Counted from the stretch's first letter, positions 9,424-20,028 are shown. The stretch: DNA of 64,000 nucleotides from a virus (IMGVR_UViG_3300042870_001966); one strand, 5' to 3'. Notes: generated by a model not told the origin, from the sequence alone. A program made the numbers and translations.

Positions 9424-9849
9424 ATGAATAAAATTGTTAAAACATTTGAAAATTTCCTAGAAGGACCAGAACACCATGAAATGATGCCGCATAGAGCGCC
9501 TCATCACGATATGGAACAACGAGTAGCTCACACAACTGATCATGATGATCATAGAGCTGAGAATTATATGTTCTTTGGAAATCTAGAGACAATTAAGAGA
9601 CTTGTTGATATTTTATTGGAAATGGATCCATCAAAAGTGGATGCGGTTCTAACGAATGGACACGATTGGGCAGCAGATCATATAGCTACATCAAAGGACG
9701 ATATCGAAGAAGTTGCAAATTTCTTAATCAATGAAATGGCAGAAGACTCTATTCGCGAGAACGACGAGTCGGAAGAAAACTCTATGGTTTGCGAAAACTG
9801 CGGAGTTGGGTATTCAGTTAACGAAGAACACCTTTGCGAAGAGGCTTAA
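9424..9849 (+). CDS. hypothetical protein with capsid-targeting-like N-terminus
   Basis: MNKIVKTFENFLE; His-rich segment; DWAADHI motif. Confidence 0.6.
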   Translation: MNKIVKTFENFLEGPEHHEMMPHRAPHHDMEQRVAHTTDHDDHRAENYMFFGNLETIKRLVDILLEMDPSKVDAVLTNGHDWAADHIATSKDDIEEVANFLINEMAEDSIRENDESEENSMVCENCGVGYSVNEEHLCEEA

Positions 9850-9862
9850 ATAATATTAAATT

Positions 9863-10810
9863 ATGCAAATGCAAAACCATATTAAACCATTTAAAGCATT
9901 CAATGAATCAGTTGAAGAAGTAGATGGTGAATGGTACTATGGGATCGCTGATTGCAAGGGTCTTGAATCTTTTATGCCTGCTCCAAACGTAGAAGAACTA
10001 GGAGAGCTTGAAGACATGGGATTTACTGGAGGTCAAGCTAAATCGTTCAATCATACACTAAGTATGATGAGTATGAGATGCCACTTCAATCAACAAAGAC
10101 ACCCAGTAGTTTACATGGCAAAACTTGCAGCAGACGATGCAGAAATGGTTCAGGATCTATTGGATTCAGGGGATTATATTAATGCATTAGAGGTAGTAAA
10201 AGCAAATTCAATAGAAGTTAAATTAGCTAGAGGTCAAGGAGCAAATCTAGAGAAACGATGGAGAATGATTCCTAATCCGGATCTTGATCCAATGTCTGAA
10301 GGTTTAGAATACCATATCACAAATAATTTATCAGTATGCGAGTCTATTTATAGACCAGCCAGTGATGCTCACTTTAGCCTATTAGCTGAAGCCCGAAGTC
10401 GATTTGAGTCAGGCGAATTAGCACTGTCTGGAATAGATCAGATTCTGTTTGAAGAAACGGATTTAGGTTTATTTGGAGAATACGGTGGAGAACTAGTTCC
10501 ATTAGATTTTCTATTTGAGGCAGAGTATCAAGGAAGATCGGTTGAACTTGGAAAACCTGCTCGAGGTGGAGCCAAGAAATACCACGTTTACGTAATGAAT
10601 CCAAAAACAAAAAGGGTAAAGAAGATTTCATTTGGAGACGTTCACGGTGGACTAACTGCAAAGGTTAGTGATCCGAAAGCTAGAAAAAGTTTCGCGGCTA
10701 GGCACCAATGTCATCTAAAAAATGATAGACTTACTGCCGGTTATTGGGCATGTAGAATAAATCGATATGCTAACTTATGGGGAGGTAAAACTTACCCAGG
10801 ATTTTGGTAA
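9863..10810 (+). CDS. conserved phage protein (DUF6321-like C-terminus)
   Basis: ARKSFAARHQC...TAGYWACR motif; N-terminal IKPFKAFNE. Confidence 0.6.
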   Translation: MQMQNHIKPFKAFNESVEEVDGEWYYGIADCKGLESFMPAPNVEELGELEDMGFTGGQAKSFNHTLSMMSMRCHFNQQRHPVVYMAKLAADDAEMVQDLLDSGDYINALEVVKANSIEVKLARGQGANLEKRWRMIPNPDLDPMSEGLEYHITNNLSVCESIYRPASDAHFSLLAEARSRFESGELALSGIDQILFEETDLGLFGEYGGELVPLDFLFEAEYQGRSVELGKPARGGAKKYHVYVMNPKTKRVKKISFGDVHGGLTAKVSDPKARKSFAARHQCHLKNDRLTAGYWACRINRYANLWGGKTYPGFW

Positions 10811-10826
10811 AATAAAATAGGTACAA

Positions 10827-11324
10827 ATGAACGAAGGCAAGGTAACTGGAAAATCAGGTCCGTATTTTAAAGGACTGGCTAAGGATCAAAAGAATAAAAA
10901 GCTGAATCAAATGAATCGTCAATCAAAAATGAGCGATTCGGACGATAATGCATATAAACCAATGCCCGGAGACCTAGATAAATCAGGAAAATTTAAAGGC
11001 TCTAAAGTTAAAAGCTCATTTACCAAAAAGGTGAATCGTGAAATGGATGAGACTCTCGTCTATAAATTTTCCGAATGGGTAGAAATTAATGAGTCTAGCC
11101 CAGCAGACAAATCACTAAAGAAGAAAGCTGAAAAATATAAGATGCCATTTGGTATTCTTAAGCAAGTATTTAATAGAGGAATGGCTGCTTGGAAGACAGG
11201 TCACCGACCAGGTCAAAGTCAAGAAGCATGGGCCCATGCTAGAGTAAACTCTTTTGTTACAAAATCAAGTGGAACTTGGGGAAAGGCGGATAAGGACTTA
11301 GCTCAAAAGGTAAGAAAGAAATGA
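10827..11324 (+). CDS. conserved phage protein (DUF5824-like)
   Basis: LKQVFNRGMAAWKTGHRPG...WAHARVNSF pattern. Confidence 0.55.
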   Translation: MNEGKVTGKSGPYFKGLAKDQKNKKLNQMNRQSKMSDSDDNAYKPMPGDLDKSGKFKGSKVKSSFTKKVNREMDETLVYKFSEWVEINESSPADKSLKKKAEKYKMPFGILKQVFNRGMAAWKTGHRPGQSQEAWAHARVNSFVTKSSGTWGKADKDLAQKVRKK

Positions 11325-11590
11325 TAAAGCCTTATGTTGATATTAATGAGGTTGGTACTGAACTTGTTAGAACCTTCTCACAAGACATAGATCCAATTGA
11401 GTTAAAATGGCATAGAGACGACGAAACTCGACATTTAATTTCAGAAAATGACACGGACTGGATGATTCAAATGGATAATGCACTGCCGACGTCGTTAAAT
11501 AATATAGTAACGATTCCTAAACATGACTGGCACCGCCTTATTAAAGGAACCGAAGACTTAACCCTAAAAATTAAAAAAGAGAAAGTATGA
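11321..11590 (+). CDS. small cupin-like protein
   Basis: WHRD...WHRLIKG double-His beta-rich pattern; translationally coupled to neighbours. Confidence 0.45.
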   Translation: MIKPYVDINEVGTELVRTFSQDIDPIELKWHRDDETRHLISENDTDWMIQMDNALPTSLNNIVTIPKHDWHRLIKGTEDLTLKIKKEKV

Positions 11591-11973
11591 AATTTTCAGT
11601 CGGAGACAAGGTGGTAATCAAGACGGACGTTGAGGAGATGCAAAACGGTCTGTTGGAATTAGTAGATGGCCTTGAAGCAGTAATCACCGAGATTTATCAA
11701 AACAGTTACGAACCAGATGTGGATCGTTTTGAAGTAGAATTAGTTAGACCAATTGAGTTTAACGGAGAAGAAATTGTGGTAGTCCCAGGACTTTACCAAG
11801 ATAATATCGACCTTGTTAAGAAGGTTGATGAGTCTAAAAAACGTAATTTAGCTAAGAGTAAATTAGTTAATGAACGTCGAGTGTCTTCGTTTAAGGAGCT
11901 GGAATATAGATTAGCAGTAATTGCTAAATCCGAAGCAGTTTCAGAGAAGAAAAAATTAAAATTCGCTAAATAA
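11587..11973 (+). CDS. hypothetical protein (SH3/KOW-like N-terminus)
   Basis: MKFSVGDKVVI...GLEAVITEI beta-barrel pattern. Confidence 0.5.
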   Translation: MKFSVGDKVVIKTDVEEMQNGLLELVDGLEAVITEIYQNSYEPDVDRFEVELVRPIEFNGEEIVVVPGLYQDNIDLVKKVDESKKRNLAKSKLVNERRVSSFKELEYRLAVIAKSEAVSEKKKLKFAK

Positions 11974-12470
11974 TGCAGAAACACGTAGCTCTATACGAAG
12001 AATACAAAAATCCATGGGCAGATGATGTATTGACCATGGAAGTGGAAAGATATGACGTTGACTTAACTAATTTTCCTAGACAGATTGAAAACAAGGCTGC
12101 TGGTATTTCTCCTGAAGATAAGGACCAGCTGAAAGATTTAGGTTTTGACTCAATGGCGGAAATAAACGACCATTCTCACGGAACATGCAAGATACTGTAT
12201 AAAATCGATGCAGTTCACTCACGACATGGAATTGAGGATATTGATTTTGAACTTAAGGGCTTCTATCTTATGATAGAATATTCAATTTGGGACGAGGCTA
12301 CCGATGAAGAAATTTGGCACGAGATTGAATTAGAAGACGGCGGAGATTTCTCAGGAAGAGTTGAAGCTAAGATAGAAGGCTTGCCTTTTTATCCACATGG
12401 TATTGAAATAGACATGCACGGTGGATTTGACGTAAGTAAATTTACATACACGGTGCAGATCGGAAGCTAA
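11973..12470 (+). CDS. acidic hypothetical protein
   Basis: 165 aa ORF, TAATG coupling; no known motif. Confidence 0.55.
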   Translation: MQKHVALYEEYKNPWADDVLTMEVERYDVDLTNFPRQIENKAAGISPEDKDQLKDLGFDSMAEINDHSHGTCKILYKIDAVHSRHGIEDIDFELKGFYLMIEYSIWDEATDEEIWHEIELEDGGDFSGRVEAKIEGLPFYPHGIEIDMHGGFDVSKFTYTVQIGS

Positions 12471-12491
12471 TCAGTTACTCTGAAATACTGG

Positions 12492-12521
12492 AAAGGAAGG
12501 TCTGTCGATCTTCCTTTTTTT
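12492..12521 (+). terminator. intrinsic terminator
   Basis: AAAGGAAGGTC-TGTC-GATCTTCCTTT followed by a T run. Confidence 0.8.
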
Positions 12522-12531
12522 ATTTAGGTCG

Positions 12532-12539
12532 ATAAATAA
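12532..12539 (+). promoter_or_regulatory. late-type promoter ATAAATAA
   Basis: GATAAATAAC immediately after the terminator, at the head of the baseplate operon. Confidence 0.6.
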
Positions 12540-12563
12540 CTATAACGAAACAAATCAAAAGAA

Positions 12564-14564
12564 ATGGCAGACGAAATAACAACGCATACTAATCTAGTAA
12601 CCGATACGGCATTCGCTGGAGTTAATTACATGGAGGCCTTAGCTAAAGTTGGAGGTACTGGAACTCTAAAAGGCGATTTTGGAGAACTTGGATCTCTAAT
12701 CGGAACTGAGAATAACGGAATAATCCAACATAATGTAAGTTCGATATTTAATAAATTTACAGTTTTTCAGTACTCTCCTTTAAATGCAGGAAGTAAATAT
12801 CGAGCAGAAGGTCACTTTATTGGATTTTCAAGTAATTTAAAAGATTCAAGCCAATACGAAGCAGAAGATAAAGCAGCAAGTGACATACAATTGGCGATTA
12901 TTGGAATTAATGCCAGTGGAATAACTGACCCGGCAGAAAGGACTAAAGCTCTACTTGCAAAGCTTGCACAATGGGAAAAAGTGGCTGGCCCTCTTAGGCA
13001 GAAGGCTAGAAATTTTAAGACTAATCAAGAAGGAATTTTATCGAATCCGTCTGCTACTAAATTAAAGCAGTGGGGAGCAAACATATCGGCGGGGACCTCA
13101 GTTGGTTTCCAGCCTTATGCATTAACTGATTTTATGTATTGTAAAGACTATGGAAAGGTTCCGAATAATAGATTAGTAACCCTACGTAGATACCCATTCC
13201 CAATTGCAGATAGCTTGAGACTCGGTCAAGCGGATCAGCGTAAAAATGCAATACCTATTGCACAGGCAGTTACTTGGTTTGGGTCAGACACTCTTAACGA
13301 CTTAAATAAATTAGGAATATTTGCTTGGGACATTCCATGGGAATCATTGACTGTTTCTGAACAAGAAATCACAGGTAATGAGGTTACGTTTAGTGAATTA
13401 TTATCAACTATACAGGGTCTTCCTGGAGGAGCTGCATTAAAAACTACACTTGAGGCAGCATACGCAACATTTAGTGGGTCGGATCAAAACATCCAGGAGC
13501 TTAGTGGATACGATGCAAAAATGCAACAGTATCAAAAGAACTTATATACAACTGGTCCATATTGGAATAGAATATACGGGCCAGTTAACGTAATTGATAA
13601 GACTTCTAGAAGAAAACGCGGTATGCAAGAAACTAATAGTCAAACTGGAATGACGATTAAATTCGCATATTCATTTAGGTCTTTTAATGGATTAAGTCCA
13701 AAAATAGCAGCACTAGACCTAATTTCTAATTTTATGAATTTAACTTACAATGATGCACAATTTTTAGGGCAGCTTGCTAGATATTACCCTAAAGTAGGTT
13801 TAAAGTTTAGCCCTACAATGACTGAGGCGTTGGGAAAGATGCTGACTAGCTGGGGGTCGACTTATTCAGGCAATAATTCAGAAGAATTTTCTAAGATCGT
13901 AAGCAGTATGTTGTCAGCAGTTGACCTAGCCGGTAGTAAATTTATGAATGACCCGGCTAAATTATTAAGTGATGGAATACAGTCTGCGCTGATGACTAAG
14001 CTTGGATCAGCAGTGCCTGACCTAATTTCAATTAAGGCAGCACTATCGGACCGACCGGTTGGAGAGTGGCATCTAGTCGTTGGAAATCCAATGAACCCTA
14101 TTTTCGTAATGGGGGATTTAATTTGTACGAATACTGCAATGGAGTGGGATCAAGAAATTGGCCCTGACGATTTTCCTACTGGCGTAACATTTACGGTTAC
14201 TTTAAAACAAGGAAAGCCGAGAGATAAAACGGCAATTGAGAGAATGCTTAACGCTGGTGAGACTAAGTTAACGGCAGGTATGCTAAAATCGTCAACTTTA
14301 GAAGACACCTTTGGCGAACAGAATAATACTACATGGAATGCTATTGCTGGAACAAGTGGAGATGCGTCTACTGAAAAATTAACTGAGTATTACAATAGTC
14401 TAAGCGCGGGATCAAAAGGTCGCTATCATAACTTTAGAAATAGATTTCTCGGAGGATATGGATTTGAGCAAAATGAGGCTAAATTCAATGATGCAGATAA
14501 GAGTGGAGGCCTTGATGATAGTTTACTTCTATACTATTACCAAAGAGAATACGGACAAAATTAA
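12564..14564 (+). CDS. probable baseplate/tail structural protein
   Basis: 666 aa, first gene of an operon with gp53-, gp27- and gp5-like genes; no diagnostic motif recognised. Confidence 0.45.
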   Translation: MADEITTHTNLVTDTAFAGVNYMEALAKVGGTGTLKGDFGELGSLIGTENNGIIQHNVSSIFNKFTVFQYSPLNAGSKYRAEGHFIGFSSNLKDSSQYEAEDKAASDIQLAIIGINASGITDPAERTKALLAKLAQWEKVAGPLRQKARNFKTNQEGILSNPSATKLKQWGANISAGTSVGFQPYALTDFMYCKDYGKVPNNRLVTLRRYPFPIADSLRLGQADQRKNAIPIAQAVTWFGSDTLNDLNKLGIFAWDIPWESLTVSEQEITGNEVTFSELLSTIQGLPGGAALKTTLEAAYATFSGSDQNIQELSGYDAKMQQYQKNLYTTGPYWNRIYGPVNVIDKTSRRKRGMQETNSQTGMTIKFAYSFRSFNGLSPKIAALDLISNFMNLTYNDAQFLGQLARYYPKVGLKFSPTMTEALGKMLTSWGSTYSGNNSEEFSKIVSSMLSAVDLAGSKFMNDPAKLLSDGIQSALMTKLGSAVPDLISIKAALSDRPVGEWHLVVGNPMNPIFVMGDLICTNTAMEWDQEIGPDDFPTGVTFTVTLKQGKPRDKTAIERMLNAGETKLTAGMLKSSTLEDTFGEQNNTTWNAIAGTSGDASTEKLTEYYNSLSAGSKGRYHNFRNRFLGGYGFEQNEAKFNDADKSGGLDDSLLLYYYQREYGQN

Positions 14565-14575
14565 TAAGATTAAGT

Positions 14576-15175
14576 ATGCTAGATTTAAAAGTTTTACAAC
14601 AAAAAGGCGACTTTACAAAAACAAACGGCGATGTAGTTAACGACTTAACTCGGCGAAGTGTTTCGTTTAGAGGAGTTCTAGTTAACCAAGGAAGAACGTA
14701 TGCAGTCGAAGAAGGAATTCAGATGCGAGGGGATTTGATTTCCAAAATATTTTATCAGACTGCCAGTTTCGTATGTGTTCTTTTTAAATACAACGGAATC
14801 TCTAATCCATTTTCGCTAGACGTTAATGACTTAATAAAAGTACCAGACGGCTCTGCTCTATCTGGGATGTTGGTCAAACCGGTTGATATTAATGGAAATA
14901 ATGAGAATTGGCAGACTTCTACTAGAAAGAAGAAAAAGACTGCGTTTATTTCTCCTAAAACTAAACAGGATAAGAATCGCCTTGACTATCTACAGGCTAA
15001 TTCAGCAGCAACGGTGGCTCCGCCTAATATCGCTAAAGATAATTCAGTGAAGGTTGTTAATGGTAAAATTGTATTTGGAACCGACGTAACGTCAGTTAAG
15101 AAAGAAGATTGTCCTGATCCAATTTCTAGAACCAAGCTACAGGCAGCGTTAGTAAAAAATAAGATATTTTCATAA
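14576..15175 (+). CDS. baseplate wedge protein, gp53-like (LysM-like)
   Basis: RGDLISKIFY...LFKYNGISNPFSLDVNDLIKVP pattern. Confidence 0.6.
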   Translation: MLDLKVLQQKGDFTKTNGDVVNDLTRRSVSFRGVLVNQGRTYAVEEGIQMRGDLISKIFYQTASFVCVLFKYNGISNPFSLDVNDLIKVPDGSALSGMLVKPVDINGNNENWQTSTRKKKKTAFISPKTKQDKNRLDYLQANSAATVAPPNIAKDNSVKVVNGKIVFGTDVTSVKKEDCPDPISRTKLQAALVKNKIFS

Positions 15176-16665
15176 TGGCATTGTCCGACCAAATACTATT
15201 ATCGCTTGAGCCAAAGATAACTCCGCCAAGTATTGATGTACTGGACCTAGAAACACCAGACTCTACTAGACAGATTCGTAATCCGGACGCTTCAGGTTTT
15301 GCTCAGAATTTGGGTAGAAAATCTCCATTAATAATGATTGGGAATTCTAGAATGCCAGCTGATAGTATTTTAGGAATGACGGTTTTTACAAACTCATTAA
15401 TTCCAACCATTCATGTCAGTGTGTTAGATTCGACTGGCTCGCTAACCTCAGTAGGGTACCCAAAAACCAAGCCCCTATTAACAGCGTACGTTGCAACTGG
15501 CCATCCTAAGCTTAAATCATTTTCTCAAACTTTCCTGATTACTGGAGTTCAGTCAATTCCAGTCGGAGGTTTTTCAGTTAGATATGAATTCTTTGGAGAG
15601 TTATATGTCCCTAAGTTAAATGGGAATTTTATAAAGTCCTATTCAAATATGACGTCTGCTCAAGCTTTAAAAAAGATAGCAGAGGAACTTGGCCTTGGTT
15701 TTGCCAGTAATGAAGATTCAACTAATGATGCAATGACTTGGATTAATCCTAATCTAAATTATAAATCGTTTATTAAACAGGTAACAGATCATTCATACAA
15801 GAACGAAAAGACGTTTTTTGACTGCTTTATTGACAGGTATTATGTCTTAAATTTTATTAACGTAGAGAAGCAATTTAAACAATTTAAAGATGACGCTGAA
15901 ATACCTCAAAGTTATCCATCGTACGCGACTGATTACTTAGACGTAAGCCGTGCAGAAAAAGGTGGAAAGTTAGATTCGACTGAATCGACTATTTCATTAG
16001 TTCTATCAAACGCTGAAGTTGGAACAACTATGTCAGATCTAAAGATTCTTGAGTACTCAATGATAGGTGACAATGGTGATATCCTAAAAACTGAAGGATT
16101 TCGAAAGAGGGTTGTTCTATACCGCCACGGAGAAGAATCTCCAGTAAAAGACTGGTATTCTGAGCCTTTATCTGAGCCTTCACCTGATGGATTAAGCGTG
16201 TATCAGGCCCCTGAATTAACTGATTATTTGGAAAATGATATTGTTAAATGGGCTGGGACAGATTACCTTAACTCTCACACTAATTATAAATTCTCAAAAT
16301 TATTAAACACACATAATAAAATTGAAGCTGAAAAGAATGTATTGAAGGTAAAACTTCCAGGATTCAATCAAAATATACTAAGAGGAAGTAGAATAAAGGT
16401 TAACATTTACTCAAGTCGTGCAAAAAAAGCGTATGACGATAGTTTAAATGACGATAAAACTCAAACTAATTCGCAAAAGCCAGAGATTGCAGATAAAGCT
16501 AGATCAACTGACTTAGTACTTGATACAAATTTAACTGATACGTATTATGTTAAAGATATCGTGTACCGATACAACCCGCTAAACGAATCTACATCGTTCA
16601 CTACTGAAATTTTATTAAGTAGAAGAAATTGGATTCCTGCACAAAAAATGGAAAATAAAGTTTAA
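15175..16665 (+). CDS. baseplate hub protein (gp27/gpD-like)
   Basis: SYSNMTSAQALKKIAEELGLGF...WINPN pattern; located between gp53-like and spike genes. Confidence 0.5.
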   Translation: MALSDQILLSLEPKITPPSIDVLDLETPDSTRQIRNPDASGFAQNLGRKSPLIMIGNSRMPADSILGMTVFTNSLIPTIHVSVLDSTGSLTSVGYPKTKPLLTAYVATGHPKLKSFSQTFLITGVQSIPVGGFSVRYEFFGELYVPKLNGNFIKSYSNMTSAQALKKIAEELGLGFASNEDSTNDAMTWINPNLNYKSFIKQVTDHSYKNEKTFFDCFIDRYYVLNFINVEKQFKQFKDDAEIPQSYPSYATDYLDVSRAEKGGKLDSTESTISLVLSNAEVGTTMSDLKILEYSMIGDNGDILKTEGFRKRVVLYRHGEESPVKDWYSEPLSEPSPDGLSVYQAPELTDYLENDIVKWAGTDYLNSHTNYKFSKLLNTHNKIEAEKNVLKVKLPGFNQNILRGSRIKVNIYSSRAKKAYDDSLNDDKTQTNSQKPEIADKARSTDLVLDTNLTDTYYVKDIVYRYNPLNESTSFTTEILLSRRNWIPAQKMENKV

Positions 16666-16667
16666 TT

Positions 16668-17747
16668 ATGGCAGTAGAATTTAAAACAAACGGCCCAAGA
16701 AGATGGAAACAGTTCGTAAAGAGTTCCATATACGATATTCAGGATCCAGTATTCTTGACTTTTGATATTGATTTTTTTCCACCTAAATATTCAAATGATG
16801 GAGAAATGGCTCTGTATTGGGACCAGTTATTTGCAAATCCTAATACTGATAAAACAATAAATACATACAATGTAGTAGAATGGTCAGCAATTGACTTCTT
16901 AACTGCATACGATTCGCCGTGGACAAGGGCATACGCTCATCACTTAACCTCGGCGCAGGCTAATTTACAACTACTACAGAATTCTCCATGGTATTTTCAG
17001 TCAATAGCAGGAATAGATTCATTATGGAAAGCAGCAAGTAGAATAAAGGAGGGTAATAAAAAGGCTGAAATCACAATTAACTGCATTGATTCTATACAGC
17101 AACCATTACTTAAGTTTGCAGAAAATTATAGACGAGCTATATACGATCAGGATAAATTAGCGTATACTCTTCCGGATAACTTAAGAACATTTGACATGAC
17201 AATTACTCTATTTGAAATAAGAGATATTAGGGATGATAACGGCCGCTTAGAAAGTGGAGTACAGCAGTTAAAGTACAGACTAAGTCGTTGTGAGTTTGAT
17301 TTTGATGGATTTATGAGCGGCCCAACCTCGCTTGAAATGAAGGCGTTCACTCAAGATCAGCCATTTAACACTTCATTTAAGATTAAAGCTGGATGGGTAA
17401 CCGAAGAATCAGAATCTTCAGCTCAATCTGATTATCAGTCTCTTGGTATTTTCTCAGGTTTAGCAAATAGCCTAGAAGGAAGAGCTCAGCGCTTTTTATC
17501 AAGTGCAGCAAGTCTACCTGCAAGATTAATAGGCGACTTAACTAACCAATTACAGACTAGACTTGAAACCGCATTATCGCAAAATGTGTATAATAGAACA
17601 AATGAAGTACTTTCAACTAATCAGGTATTCGGGCGAAGATCGCCAGTTGGGCCGGTTGGAGGACAGACTGTAGGAGATGACACTTACCCAGGATCAGATG
17701 TAAAACCAAATGTATCAGATGGTTCATTGGGGGATGTTTATCCATAA
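16668..17747 (+). CDS. tail-tube-fold baseplate protein (gp48/gp54-like)
   Basis: LPDNLRTFDMTITLFEIRD tube-fold pattern; position in baseplate module. Confidence 0.4.
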   Translation: MAVEFKTNGPRRWKQFVKSSIYDIQDPVFLTFDIDFFPPKYSNDGEMALYWDQLFANPNTDKTINTYNVVEWSAIDFLTAYDSPWTRAYAHHLTSAQANLQLLQNSPWYFQSIAGIDSLWKAASRIKEGNKKAEITINCIDSIQQPLLKFAENYRRAIYDQDKLAYTLPDNLRTFDMTITLFEIRDIRDDNGRLESGVQQLKYRLSRCEFDFDGFMSGPTSLEMKAFTQDQPFNTSFKIKAGWVTEESESSAQSDYQSLGIFSGLANSLEGRAQRFLSSAASLPARLIGDLTNQLQTRLETALSQNVYNRTNEVLSTNQVFGRRSPVGPVGGQTVGDDTYPGSDVKPNVSDGSLGDVYP

Positions 17748-17762
17748 AATATAGAATAGCGA

Positions 17763-18563
17763 ATGAATCCAAATCACGATATAATGAAGGATCCTACTGG
17801 GTCGGATCGCCTAACTACTAAGTATTTAGGAGAAGTCGTTGATGTGACTGATCCTCTAAGAGAAGGTCGCTGTAAAGTTAAAGTATTTAGCCTATTTGAT
17901 ACGTTGCCAGTTGAAGATATTCCATGGGCAGTTCAATCTCAAAAGCCCGCATTTTTCGGGCAGGACGCAAAGGCTGGATCAATATCAATTCCTAAAAAGG
18001 GAGCGATTGTTAATGTGAGATTTAATAATGGTGACTTATATTCGCCAGAGTACGAACAGGTTCAGGAAATAGGCGACGATATTAAGGAAGAGCTTAAGAA
18101 GAGTACAGAATACGAGTACGAAGGAGCTCACTATATCCTATTTGATGGAGATGAGCAGATAAAATTCTGGTTTAATAAAGGTCGAGGGTTAACTCTTGAA
18201 ATGAAAGACTCTTACCTAAATATTGATCAAAATTCAAAAATTGAATTGTATCACAAAGACGGCCTTTCCTCAGTTGAATTAGATGGAAACGTAATCACAG
18301 TAATGAGCCAGTCTCAAGTTAACGTTATTTCCAATTCAATTAAAACAAGCGCACAAACAGTTCACGTAGATGGAAAGACTACCCGATTGGGTTCGTCAAA
18401 TGTTGTTGAAAGTGCAGTGATGGGTGATTCAATGTTTGCAGCTCTTATGGGATTAGCTGCAATGGTTGATGCTAAAATGCCTTCTACTGGAGCGGCAGCT
18501 CAATCTCTAATTAATAACATGAAAGATCAGATCCTATCTGAAACCGTATCAATTGGGCGTTAA
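17763..18563 (+). CDS. baseplate spike, gp5/VgrG-like OB-fold + beta-helix
   Basis: YLGEVVDVTDPLREGRCKVKV...DIPWA...IPKKGAIVNVRF; no lysozyme domain evident. Confidence 0.75.
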   Translation: MNPNHDIMKDPTGSDRLTTKYLGEVVDVTDPLREGRCKVKVFSLFDTLPVEDIPWAVQSQKPAFFGQDAKAGSISIPKKGAIVNVRFNNGDLYSPEYEQVQEIGDDIKEELKKSTEYEYEGAHYILFDGDEQIKFWFNKGRGLTLEMKDSYLNIDQNSKIELYHKDGLSSVELDGNVITVMSQSQVNVISNSIKTSAQTVHVDGKTTRLGSSNVVESAVMGDSMFAALMGLAAMVDAKMPSTGAAAQSLINNMKDQILSETVSIGR

Positions 18564-19385
18564 TCCAAATTGATCTTCACATTTAACTAATTCAAGCTCA
18601 GTATTTAAGTGACTAATTGCATCTCCGAAATGGATTGCATTATAGGTAAGTTTACCGGTGCTCTTAGCACGGTCAATATCTTCTGATAAAGTAGGTAACT
18701 GTTGTCTATTTCTAAAATATCGACTTGACGCTTGGTATTTTCCAAGCAAGTCTTCTCTGACCATTTCCATGTGATGCATCGTTATAACTCCTGGGTCAAA
18801 TACTCGCGATCTTTCGTATGAGTCATCCGCTATTCCGCGAGTAGGGTCTATATCAGAAAACATGAATTGCACTGAATGATGCCTACTGGCCGATCCTATC
18901 TTGTAGATAAATGGGACCTTAAACTTGGAGTACCCTTGGTGTAGAGTTGGCGTTACGTAATTTATGTACTTAACCGCAGTCGCATGTAAATTATTATCAA
19001 TGATTTGTCGCTTAGCTTCGTCAAATTCGTCTTTAACATAGAATTCATCCGCGTCCATTGAAAGATAATGGGTTGCTCCTAATTCAAGAGATTTTTCCAA
19101 TAGGCTTTGACGTTTATTGCACTCATAAACCTTAGCTCTCAGCACATCTTCAGCAGTGGTTAGGGATGATGGTACAAAGTCTGTGAATACTATTATGGCG
19201 TCAATTAATCCTTTCTTCTTGAGTCTCTCTAACATTGGAACTAGGTTAGGAGAACACTCAGTGTTTCCCCAAGAAACAGTTTGATATGACACGAGAACAA
19301 GGTCAACTGATTCTCGGATTGAGCGTATTGATTGCTCTAGTGTCTCTAGTCCGTCAAAGACAACGTATCCTGCTGATAATTTCAT
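18549..19385 (-). CDS. GT-A fold glycosyltransferase (GT2-like)
   Basis: ETLEQSIRSI...HYLSMDADEFY DxD motif. Confidence 0.7.
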   Translation of the reverse strand: MKLSAGYVVFDGLETLEQSIRSIRESVDLVLVSYQTVSWGNTECSPNLVPMLERLKKKGLIDAIIVFTDFVPSSLTTAEDVLRAKVYECNKRQSLLEKSLELGATHYLSMDADEFYVKDEFDEAKRQIIDNNLHATAVKYINYVTPTLHQGYSKFKVPFIYKIGSASRHHSVQFMFSDIDPTRGIADDSYERSRVFDPGVITMHHMEMVREDLLGKYQASSRYFRNRQQLPTLSEDIDRAKSTGKLTYNAIHFGDAISHLNTELELVKCEDQFGLTPN

Positions 19386-19387
19386 AA

Positions 19388-20026
19388 TTAAAGTTTTTCA
19401 AAATATCCGCCTACTTCAAAAGACGAATTCATGTTAATTGAGCCTGCTTTAGTTGGAATAAATTTAGCTGGATCAACTAATCTAAAGTCAACTGATACTC
19501 GAGTAGAGTCAGAGGTGTTTGTTTTATTTCCATGAAGTAGATTAGCTCCATTAAATACTAAAATTTCTCCGTATTTTACAGTATACGGCATGAAATCTTC
19601 CTTTCCTTCAGAACTTTCCATCCAAATAGTATTGGTCTCGTTAGTATCAGTAAATGGCATCCAAAAGTTAACTTCAGAAGTTCCGTGATTGTATGCTCGG
19701 TCCCTGTGCCATTCGCCGACTGCTAAATTATTAACGAGTTGGGTTCTAAACGTTGGGATTTTTTGATAAATGATTGATTCATACTCGAATGAGTTCGCTA
19801 ATTCTTTAACTAATTCAACGTACGTTGGGTAAAACAACTCACTGAATTTTGAGTAATAAGCTTTGTGCCAATCAGTAGATTGATCCATTTCTCTAGAAAA
19901 GAAAAGGTAGTCTTTTAATTTGTGCAGTTCAGATAGATTATCAACTTCTAGAATTGACTCGACGATTTCCTTAAATGGAAATTTTTGTGTGTCATACTGA
20001 ACTTTGTAAGGTACTGGTAAATACAT
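19388..20026 (-). CDS. Fe(II)/2-oxoglutarate dioxygenase (StrG/PhyH-like)
   Basis: WHRD...LHGN...RVSVDFR facial triad and 2OG-binding Arg. Confidence 0.7.
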   Translation of the reverse strand: MYLPVPYKVQYDTQKFPFKEIVESILEVDNLSELHKLKDYLFFSREMDQSTDWHKAYYSKFSELFYPTYVELVKELANSFEYESIIYQKIPTFRTQLVNNLAVGEWHRDRAYNHGTSEVNFWMPFTDTNETNTIWMESSEGKEDFMPYTVKYGEILVFNGANLLHGNKTNTSDSTRVSVDFRLVDPAKFIPTKAGSINMNSSFEVGGYFEKL

Positions 20027-20028
20027 TA

